35,895 nt of DNA. Origin: Folioceros fuciformis. Its lineage: Eukaryota. Position 1 is the stretch's first letter. Each line of letters starts with the position of its first letter. Below the pieces are notes generated by a model. The model did not search any database. It was not told the origin of the DNA and saw nothing but the letters and a program-made list of their open reading frames with translations. Location: positions 62,636 through 98,530 of the forward strand of contig JBNGIO010006223.1 in NCBI GenBank assembly GCA_049999805.1, given 5' to 3'. Made by a program: the position numbers and the translations under genes. Below are positions 23,661 through 32,429 of the stretch, one piece after another.

Positions 23661-24830
23661 TCACGTCCCTTGCTTACATGTACAATAACCCCAAGCGGTT
23701 CCAGCACCACTCACAATATTTTTGCGTGTTGTCCCATTGTCCTGAGTGTTGACATAAGTAATATTTGGAGAGTCTGGAGTTGGTAAGACCACATGGTTGT
23801 CTAATATGGCTATTGCTTTTTGGAGAGCACTCCGCACAATGTTTTCTTGCTTGGAATTTCGAAGCATGCCAACTGCCTTACATTGGGCTACATACCAAAA
23901 GTGCCCGATAACCTCTTCGAACAAAATATGCAGCAGCCAATCCAATCGCCGATTACTAAGCGTTTTCTTGGAGGGCAAACATCTGTACTTCAGATGTTTG
24001 TGATATGCTTCTATGGACGAGTTGTAATCTTGTTTGGCATGTGGAATTGTCCTAATTGCTTTAATCCACTGTAGCATGTTAAAACCCCACTAGTCTTTAA
24101 AATACTTCACAAAGCTGCTAGCAAACTCCTGAAAGGTAGTTTGGATGCACGCTTGGTTTATGTCTACCCCAACATCAATGTCCATATGCATGATGTCACC
24201 TAAGGATTTCATACTTGCATACCAAGTGTCGAGTGCTGCAACCAAGCCCTCCAAACATGCCATAGACACAAGAAAACCAGCACGTTACTTCCAAACACAG
24301 ACTTAATGCCATTTATTTCTGCCATACAATCATTTACCAGAAAAGCGGTTGCCAATCTAACCTATGTAGAAGCATCCTTGCTCGTAAGGATTCCAGCCAC
24401 TATGAAATATTGGCTGCCGTAGCCTTGCTGGTAATCACCCAAGCAACAGGGATATCGTTAAAATGGTCGTAAAAAACCAATAGAATGAATAGCTAGAACT
24501 CCACTTATGGGTGCCAAATGTGGCATCCATAGATATCACTGACTTATGACCCAGACGTAACATGGAGTGTAACTAAAAATCTATTTGGATGCCTAACATA
24601 AAATCTTTGGCATGTAGTTCTTCTCCTAGCAAAGGGAAAAATACCTCCTCCCTGCGGACATCCGTCCATAGCTTGATAATCACCTCATCATTTACATGGA
24701 ATCGCCACACCCTGGAATCCAACTCTGCTTGCAAATTCCTTATATCTCCAGGCAACAAAAAAATTATCCTGTTCAAGGAAAAAATCATCTCGCTCAAGGA
24801 CTGCTTACACATCATGATGATTCCTTAAAA
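23661..24830 (-). mobile_element. Degenerate Mutator-like (MULE) transposase with start of a SWIM zinc finger
   Basis: Minus-strand fragments in the expected order: VISMDATFGTHK (first D), FLVND..AEINGIKSVF..FLCLWHVWRAW (second D region and CxxH), DYNSSIEAYHKHLK (E), YCTCKQG (SWIM start). Interrupted by stops and frameshifts; AT-rich. Confidence 0.8.
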
Positions 24831-24911
24831 ACTATTAGAAATGAATAGTAGTTTAGGGCAACACATCAAAAGGATAATTGTTCCAAATTAATTTATGCCA
24901 TATCAGAGAGT

Positions 24912-25216
24912 GGTAGAAGAACTTTGCTTGTAGTTTAAGCAAGGTTATTACTATAGAACAGATGGTGTATAGAATAGTAACATGNNNNNNNNNNAGCAAG
25001 GTTATTACTATAGAACAGATGGTGTATAGAATAGTAACATGGTGACCCTCCGGTAGAAGAACTTTGCTTGTAGTTTAAGCAAGGTTATTACCATAGAATA
25101 GATAGTGTATAGAATAGTAACATGGTGACCCTCCGATAGAAGAACTTTGCTTGTAGTTTAAGCAAGGTTATTACTATAGAATAGATACTGTCTAGAATAG
25201 TAACACGGTGACCCTC
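24912..25216 (+). repeat. 83-bp tandem repeat (about 3.5-4 copies) spanning an assembly gap, probably within the copia LTR
   Basis: Unit ggtagaagaactttgcttgtagtttaagcaaggttatta..atagaatagtaacatggtgaccctcc; ggtgacc recurs at 25041, 25124 and 25207. Confidence 0.88.
24985..24994. other. Assembly gap (10 N)
   Basis: Run of n characters inside the 83-bp array. Confidence 0.99.
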
Positions 25217-25370
25217 TAGTATACAAGGGGTCATGGCCACACTCTATAGTGTAGTGGTGAATAGATAAGCATCAGTGTTTGAGCTGATTCAGCTTGTACA
25301 TGTTGTCCACCCTCCCATGTCTTGTAAAATATTTCCCCTCAATAAAGGCTAGATTCATATATTTCTAACA

Positions 25371-25383
25371 CGGTATCAGAGCC
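25371..25383 (+). promoter_or_regulatory. Primer-binding site complementary to the initiator Met tRNA 3' end
   Basis: cGGTATCAGAGCC directly after the LTR-terminal CA (canonical TGGTATCAGAGC). Confidence 0.8.
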
Positions 25384-25488
25384 ATGTTCTAGAGCCTAAG
25401 TAGTTTTCTCTTGGTCAGTATAGTTGTGTACTCGTGTCAACACCTCTTTTGCATAGTTCTTAATAGAGTGCTAGAAAGAACTCGTGTG

Positions 25489-27458
25489 CAAATGCTAACA
25501 ATGGAGAAGATCTCTAGAACATGGTATCAAAGCCATGTTCTAGAGCCTAAGTAGTTTTCTTTTGGCTAGTATAGTTGTGTACTCGTATGAACACCTCTTT
25601 TGCATAGTTCTTAGCATAGTGCTAGAAAGAACTCGTGTGCAAATTGTGAAGGTATTGATAGTATTCATTCTATAGCAAGAGGTTGAAATTCGAGAGGATA
25701 TAATAGATGGCGTCAACAAGCATGGAGACACGTTTCATTCAGACATGCTCGATGGAGAAGTTTGGAGACAAGAACTTCACACTATGGAAGTTAAAGATGA
25801 AGATGCTTCTCATTGACAGAGAAGTATGTAAATTCGTCAACAAGGGTCTCGAAGACACACCCACCGAAGGAGACCTTGATAAGGATGGACGAGCATTAGC
25901 TGCAATCCTTCTTAATGTGTCTGATGACATACTCTCTCAATTGAGTGAGTGTGCAACATCGAAGAAGGCATGGACTACCCTTTGCGATATGTATGAAAAA
26001 AGAAGTATGTTGAGTGAGATGTTTTTGGAGTAACAACTGTCCAACTTCAAGATGGTTGAAGCGGACACGATTCAACAGCACGTCAACAAGTTGAAGAACT
26101 TGGCCTTGAGATTTTTTAGCAAGGCTAGGTACAAGGTGTACATCCTTTATAGTACCTTTGGACTTTTTACTAAGTAGTGTTATCTTTATGACACCTTTCC
26201 CTTAAATCTCGTGTGATGTGTTATCACTAAGCGCTAATGTGTTATTACTAAGCGCCACCTTATGCCATGTTGGCATTTCTTTGTAGCTCGAGATCTAGGG
26301 TCGGTTGTAGGTAAAGTGTTGAGATGCTTCAGAGTCTAGGTATAGACTCTCATCCTTCCTTGATGAGCAATCTCCCACTATCTCTATTGTTGAAGCATAA
26401 AAGAGATTTTCATCCCGCTCACTTACTTGATTGGCTTGTGATTGTTTTCCCTTCTTCAAGTCAACCAATCTTGTCCTACAGTCTTTTGCATGATGGTTAG
26501 GTTTCTTACAGTAATGACAAGTACCCCATGTCTTTTTCTTTGTAACTTTCTCCTTTAATCCTTCATTGGAGTTGTCATGTGAGGTCTTCCCTTTGTGTTT
26601 TTCCTTTCCTTGAAAAAAGTACCGAGTCACCTTTGTATTCATTCTCGAATGCATTCACTAGCTTCTCTTGTAGAAGCAACCCAACCACCTCTTCTATTGT
26701 TGCTTGTTTATTACTTGAATGCATCGCCGCTGATGTCCTAAAAGACAACACAAACTACATGTACGCAGATGGTAAACTATTCAATAACAGCATAATAATC
26801 CTTCGTTTAGAAGGTTTGATGTCTATAGCTTGCATTTGATCAACCATGTTCTTCAACTTATTGACGTGCTGTTGAATTGTGTCCGATTCAACCATCTTGA
26901 AGTTGGACAGTTGTTACTCCAACAACATCTCACTCAACATACTTCTTTTTTCATATATATCGCAAAGGGTAGTCCATGCCTTCTTCGATGTTGCACACTC
27001 ACTCAATTGAGAGAGTATGTCATCAGACACATTAAGAAGGATTGCAGCTAATGCTCGTCCATCCTTATCAAGGTCTCCTTCGGTGGGTGTGTCTTCGAGA
27101 CCCTTGTTGACGAATTTACATACTTCTCTCTCAATGAGAAGCATCTTCATCTTTAACTTCCATAGTGTGAAGTTCTTGTCTCCAAACTTCTCCATCGAGC
27201 ATGTCTGAATGAAACGTGTCTCCATGCTTGTTGACGCCATCTATTATATCCTCTCGAATTTCAACCTCTTGCTATAGAATGAATACTATCAATACCTTCA
27301 CAATTTGCACACGAGTTCTTTCTAGCACTATGCTAAGAACTATGCAAAAGAGGTGTTCATACGAGTACACAACTATACTAGCCAAAAGAAAACTACTTAG
27401 GCTCTAGAACATGGCTTTGATACCATGTTCTAGAGATCTTCTCCATTGTTAGCATTTG
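25489..27458. repeat. Long inverted repeat: arms 25489-26103 and 26844-27458 (~615 bp each), ~740-bp spacer
   Basis: The arms are reverse complements with only about 7 mismatches seen by eye; the ORF track shows near-identical proteins on opposite strands. Confidence 0.95.
26295..27458 (-). mobile_element. Inverted second copy of the same copia element: PBS, gag, zinc knuckle, start of protease
   Basis: gag ATG at 27240, premature TAA at 26914, CHYCKKPNHHAKDC (CCHC knuckle) and YLDSEASQH (degenerate LDSGAS protease motif) in ORF 26295-26654. Confidence 0.88.
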
Positions 27459-27459
27459 G

Positions 27460-27750
27460 ATCTTAGCATCCCTAGATATCATTGACTTGTGACCCTAACG
27501 CAACATGTACTGTAACTGAAAATTTGTTTGGATGCCTAACATAGAATCCTTGGCATGTAGTTCTTCTTCTTGGCAAGGGAAAAATACCTCCTCCGTGTGC
27601 ACATCCATCCATAGCTTGACACTCATCTCATCATTTATATGGAATCGCCACACTTTGGAATCCAACGCTATGTGCAAATTCCTTATGTCTTTAGGCTGCA
27701 AAGAAATCATCCCGCTCAAGGACTGCTTGCACATCACAATGGTTCCTTAA
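27460..27750 (-). mobile_element. Second, diverged MULE transposase fragment (paralog of ~24530-24830)
   Basis: MMCKQSLSGMIS..DIRNLHIALDSKVWRFHINDEMSVKLW..MLGIQTNFQ versus MMCKQSLSEMIF..DIRNLQAELDSRVWRFHVNDEVIIKLW..MLGIQIDF. Confidence 0.75.
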
Positions 27751-28268
27751 AAACATCTTAGACTCATGGTCAATCAGGATTTGAAAAGTAGTCATCTTGT
27801 GGAGCAACAGATAAAGGAGCAAGGGTACAATTTGAAGTTAAATCACTAACTAGCAAACCATGACAATACTCTCCTGTGCTCCCTTTGATGTAGTCTCAGT
27901 TCACCAACCTCAGAAAACATCTCCAACTGTATTACAAATAACAACAACTGCTCCCTTTGCCTAGCTTTGGCTTGTTAGTGATGTGCGCACGAATTGCAAA
28001 ATCTGGAGGAGTTTGCTTTGGATAGCCATAAGCATAGGCAAACTTGATGTAGTGCCGAGGAGTGGTAGATGAAATTCCTCTTTTGCCTCACATCAGATCT
28101 GGTCCAAACATTAGTAGCCCTTATCAATTATTTGGGGAAGAATGTCGACTTCTCTTCGCCAGCAATGAAATCTGGGTACTTCATCTAGGGAATGTAGCAA
28201 CGTTTCACACAAATCACCGTCTGCCGAACAAGATGCTCACCATCCTGCCAATTCAATGTCTCCTAACA

Positions 28269-28355
28269 GAAACGACCAGGACGTGGATTACTTCAAAAGG
28301 GCAAGGTTGAGGAAACGACCAGGACGTGGATTACTTCAAAAGGGCAAGGTTGAGG
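28269..28355 (+). repeat. Exact 43-bp tandem duplication
   Basis: gaaacgaccaggacgtggattacttcaaaagggcaaggttgag occurs twice (28269 and 28312). Confidence 0.9.
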
Positions 28356-28446
28356 CAGGATGAGGGCACCCACATTCCTTCTTGGCATGGATTGTCTTCT
28401 CTGTTTGCTCTGTCACGACCAGGTGTGGAGCTTGGCCTCGCGAGCG

Positions 28447-28614
28447 CGCGGGGATACGGCACTTTCAGAGTTTTCACGGGGATACGACATTTTCAGAGTT
28501 TGCACGGGGATACGACACTTTCAGAGTTTGCACGGGGATAGGACACTTTCAGAGTTTGCACGGGGATACCACACTTTCAGAGTTTGCACGGCGATACGAC
28601 ACTTTCAGAGTTTG
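28447..28614 (+). repeat. 28-bp minisatellite, 6 copies
   Basis: Consensus cacggggatacgacactttcagagtttg with 0-3 substitutions per copy. Confidence 0.93.
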
Positions 28615-28821
28615 CATTTCTTCTTCAAACTAAAGACGGGTTCAGGAATACATAGACATATGGGCATACGGTACGTATAGCAATACGGTATAGCTATACT
28701 ACACGTTGAAAATGCCGTCGCGCCGAATGGGAGAGTGGATGAGCGCGCGCCTAATGAGAAAGTGGATGAGCGCAATGGCATGACCGCTGCGCTGTGCCTC
28801 GCTGACCATGGTGAGTCGGCA

Positions 28822-28933
28822 CTTTGGTTTCCGTGCTCGCATTAGCAGCACAGTGATCATTTGCTTTCCGTGCTCACATTAAGACACAGTGATCATTTGG
28901 TTTCCGTGCTCGCATTAAGAGCACAGTGATCAT
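28822..28933 (+). repeat. ~37-bp tandem repeat, 3 copies
   Basis: tttg(g/c)tttccgtgctc(g/a)catta..cacagtgatca occurs three times. Confidence 0.85.
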
Positions 28934-29155
28934 TAGCGCCTGCCGTCGACGACACTCAGTTCACCTGTGGAGTTTCTGTACATGTTTATCAAAGTAGTAA
29001 TCTAGGTGAATAAATACTAATCCGCTTTCAGACGGTGCCTGCACATGTTTTTCGCATAGAAGTGAAAGTTCAAACGATTTTGAAATGCAATCACGGACAA
29101 TGCTGTAACTATATGGAAATAAGGAGTATTGCCATTGTCGAGCCGTAAGAAAGAA

Positions 29156-31618
29156 CTAGAGCTGGTTAGCTACTTCAGTTACTACTTCCGTGATATCAGA
29201 ATACTGCCGTCTTCCCTTCAACAAATGCTTGGCGAAAGTCAAGGCCTTCCTCTCGCAGGAGGCTCTTCTATCCAAATTTTCAATCGACTCCAAATCCTCA
29301 ACGTGGGCAATGCCCACAATCCTCCTAATCATCTTAGCTGCAGCATATCCAAGAGTATCCTCCAGCAGGCTTGCAAAATACTGGCTCTGGACAAGTTTGC
29401 GTGACTCAGGAGTGTTGTAGATGTCCGGCGGGTAGGCATCCCCTGTATTGGAGTCCCAACTTGCATCCCACAGTGTCGTAAACTTCGTCACCAACAGAGT
29501 CCACGTCTCCTGGATGGTGTGCAATATCCACTTTTTGTATTCATCCCTACCACCGGGAGCAGAAGCATGACCATCCTGAGAGTAAAATGACAACAACATA
29601 TTTCCAATGAAAGCTCCCACGTCGAAGCCCATGGGCCCATAGAAGGCGAATTCCGGGTCAATGACCTGGGTGGAAGTCTGGGTGACCATGATGGAGCCAG
29701 TGTGCAGATCACCATGCACCCGGGCCTGCGGACTTGCAATGAACTTGTTTCTAAGGGAGGCAATCTCAGTCTTAACAGACAAGTCGCCTTGCAGAGCTGC
29801 AACATCATCATCCAGGTGAGGGGAGGTCCAGCGGTTGTGGATATGGGTCATGTAAGGGTCGGAGAAGATGACCTGTTCTGTAAGTCTGCACATTTCTACG
29901 TTCTCGCAGAACTGAGCGACAGCGGCCTTGTAGTCGAGAGTAGACAGGGCCAAAAGAGAGGAATGAAAAAGAGTTTGGGCTACAAACTCAGAGATATGCT
30001 CCGCCAGGAGAGGATAGACAGTCCCTGCAATGAGGCCCTTCCGTAGGATAATATGAGGCGGCTCCAAATAGCGCATCACAGTGAGAGCCATAGGGTGGTC
30101 GAAATAAAAGACTTGAGGCACATGCTGGGGTACAACTCGCGCTTGTTCTCTCAACGCTGTTACCTCAAAGTAGGCACGCTCAATTGTCATTTTCCACGAC
30201 TCCCCCACGCACCGCACATAAGGAAGCGCCTGCTTGAGTACAAACGAGCCTTCCGGACCCAACACGATGTAGACGAAATTGAGATTGCCATCTCCCACTT
30301 CCTTGATCCTCCATTCGTCAGGAGTGCCCCCAAGTCGAGCTGCGAGCTCCGGCACACCCTCCACGTAAGCACGCACCTTTTCCTCCTTGAGTGCCCTGAA
30401 CCCCTTACCCTTACCCTTACCGTCGCCATCCTGGTGCCCGTTAGCCACGACCTCCGGAGCGTCGTCATCGCCGGTAGGACCCGCATCATTGCCAGCAAGG
30501 AAGGACGGCACATCGAACACTTCAGAGCTGGAGTTCTTGGCGATAACCCCCTTGTCAGTGATGATCGCCGAGATAAACCTGGAAGGCGTCACATCAAAAG
30601 CCGGATTCCAAACCCCAATCCCAGGCGCAGCAACCTGGACTCCCGAGCCGCCCCCGGCATGTGTGAGCTCCCGCGGATCCCGCTCCTCGATAACAATCTC
30701 CTTCCCGGAGCGGATCCCGGTATCCAAAGATGTGACAGGAGCCGCGACATAAAAGGGAACTCCATGCACAAACGCGGAGAGCGCGAGACTGTAGGTGCCG
30801 ATCTTGTTGGCCGTGTCCCCGTTGGCGGCAACGCGGTCGGCTCCCACCACCACCGCATGCAGGCGGCCGGAGGCCAAGAGCGCGGCCGCCGCAGAGTCGG
30901 CGATAAGCACACCCGGGATCTTGTCATGCACCAGCTCGAAAGCCGTGAGCCTGGAGCCCTGGTTGAAGGGCCTGGTCTCGGTGCAGAAGACGGTGTCCAA
31001 GGCGCCCCTGGCATGCAGCGCCCTGACCACCCCGAGCGCAGTCCCGTACCCCGAGGTGGCCAAGCTCCCGGTGTTGCAGTGCGTGAGAAGGCGCAGCTTC
31101 CGGCTCCCCTTCTCCCCCTGTCCCGCTATCACCAGCTCCGCGCCGTGCCAGCCGATGGCCTTGTTGGCCGACACATCGTCGGCCAGCATCTGCTCCGCCG
31201 CCTGCACGTAGGCATGGAACACAGCGGCCGCGTCGCCTGTCCCCGCTGCTGCTGCGGCGTCCGAGACCACCTGCTTGAGCTTGGCAGCGGCATCCGCTAG
31301 GTTGACGGCCGTCGGGCGGCTGGAAAGGAGGTGATCGAGGCGGTCTGCGATGAAAGAAGCGGCCTGGGGGGCCGAGGACGGCACAGGCAGCGCCGTGAGC
31401 TCCACGGCGAGGGACAGGGCGGCGGCGATGGCGATCGCAGGCGCCCCCCGCACCACCATGTTCCGGATGGCGCGCCATCCGGCGGCCGAGTCTGGGACGT
31501 CTACAAACACCGTCTGCGCGGGCAACTTGGTCTGGTCCAAAAGCTGCAGCTGGCCGCGAGAGTAGCGGATGGCCTGCAGCCGTCCGCTCTCCTTCTCCTG
31601 CTCCACTGCTTCTACCAT
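29156..31618 (-). CDS. MTI1-MTK: Intronless bifunctional methylthioribose-1-phosphate isomerase (MTI1/MtnA) - 5-methylthioribose kinase (MTK/MtnK) fusion, 820 aa
   Basis: N-half (~31618-30491): [72 protein letters not shown]. Linker of ~30 aa (30490-30401). C-half (30400-29156): [57 protein letters not shown]. Confidence 0.96.
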   Translation of the reverse strand: MVEAVEQEKESGRLQAIRYSRGQLQLLDQTKLPAQTVFVDVPDSAAGWRAIRNMVVRGAPAIAIAAALSLAVELTALPVPSSAPQAASFIADRLDHLLSSRPTAVNLADAAAKLKQVVSDAAAAAGTGDAAAVFHAYVQAAEQMLADDVSANKAIGWHGAELVIAGQGEKGSRKLRLLTHCNTGSLATSGYGTALGVVRALHARGALDTVFCTETRPFNQGSRLTAFELVHDKIPGVLIADSAAAALLASGRLHAVVVGADRVAANGDTANKIGTYSLALSAFVHGVPFYVAAPVTSLDTGIRSGKEIVIEERDPRELTHAGGGSGVQVAAPGIGVWNPAFDVTPSRFISAIITDKGVIAKNSSSEVFDVPSFLAGNDAGPTGDDDAPEVVANGHQDGDGKGKGKGFRALKEEKVRAYVEGVPELAARLGGTPDEWRIKEVGDGNLNFVYIVLGPEGSFVLKQALPYVRCVGESWKMTIERAYFEVTALREQARVVPQHVPQVFYFDHPMALTVMRYLEPPHIILRKGLIAGTVYPLLAEHISEFVAQTLFHSSLLALSTLDYKAAVAQFCENVEMCRLTEQVIFSDPYMTHIHNRWTSPHLDDDVAALQGDLSVKTEIASLRNKFIASPQARVHGDLHTGSIMVTQTSTQVIDPEFAFYGPMGFDVGAFIGNMLLSFYSQDGHASAPGGRDEYKKWILHTIQETWTLLVTKFTTLWDASWDSNTGDAYPPDIYNTPESRKLVQSQYFASLLEDTLGYAAAKMIRRIVGIAHVEDLESIENLDRRASCERKALTFAKHLLKGRRQYSDITEVVTEVANQL

Positions 31619-32429
31619 GGCTCGCTGCTCGCCTTCTTCTCCCTTGTTCTCGACTCCCCGTCAAGTTCTTTTATCCTACACTACCTGGCCTACTTTCCTG
31701 CACGTCGTGTGGCTGCATTCAGTGAACCTGAAAGGTTCTCCTTCAGGAGACTCTGTACTTGCATACATCCATATAACGTGACCTCCGTAGATAGATAGGA
31801 TATTCCATTCTCTCTGAAGGACCCCGCCGGTACACGTGGAATACTACAGTACGTACGCGTGACCTTATTCATACAACTCCTTATTTCCTCACAACTCCCC
31901 GCTTGAATCTTTGGAAGGCAGCGGTCAGGCGTGACATGCCAAACTTTTTTCAGAAAATTATTTTCTATTGTACTTGCTTTTGCCATCATGACAATTCAAA
32001 ACAATTCAAAAACTGCCTTGCCTTCTTGGGCCCCCCCTTCCCATACTGCTGTTCGACTCCAGCCTCCTCTTGGCACTTCGTGTGGTGAAAGGCTCTCCCG
32101 CGACATTCCTCATCCATGAAGAATCATCTTGCAAGCAACAAAGCTTAATTGGAAATCTCCAGAGACACCATCAATACCCCCAGTCAATACACGACCAGCG
32201 TAGTGCGCTGGGACAAGGCATATAGGGGAAAGAGCGAGGGGAGCTGGATTCCATTTGGCCATAGAGGAGTAGCACCGAAGGAGGGGCAAATCCCGTGACG
32301 GCCACAGAAACCCGAATGATGCCCATGTTGCCGCACCCCCTGCTGGTTGGTGGAGTGGGCCTTCAGCTTGTAGAGCGAAATAGCCTTTGGAACCTCTGCG
32401 GAACTATGGTCGCCGCTTCGCACACTGGG

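Larger units (their letters stand above)
24912..26103 (+). mobile_element. Ty1/copia LTR-retrotransposon 5' fragment: LTR (ending ..TAACA at 25370), tRNA-iMet PBS, duplicated leader, truncated gag
   Basis: AATAAA near 25341 and a CA terminus followed by (c)GGTATCAGAGCC; a second PBS copy TGGTATCAAAGCC at 25522; gag N-terminus MEKFGDKNFTLWKLKMKMLL..ALAAILLNVSDDIL..AWTTLCDMY (DUF4219/UBN2-like) from 25707. Left LTR boundary is uncertain. Confidence 0.85.

Noticed and set aside
24912-25050. Exact copy number of the 83-bp array
   Set aside because: The sequence flanking the N gap is duplicated and may be a contig-overlap artefact, so the copy number is unreliable.
28447-28614. 28-bp repeats resembling a CRISPR array
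   Set aside because: Units are head-to-tail with no unique spacers, the context is eukaryotic and there are no cas genes; this is a minisatellite.
30053-31300. 415-aa plus-strand ORF and other long overlapping ORFs
   Set aside because: Antisense shadows of the GC-rich MTI-MTK coding sequence, with no recognisable motifs.
29156-31618. Bacterial contamination or recent horizontal transfer as the source of the intronless fusion
   Set aside because: It is contiguous with intron-containing plant genes and its motifs (e.g. [30 protein letters not shown]) look plant-type; a phylogeny is needed to exclude it formally.
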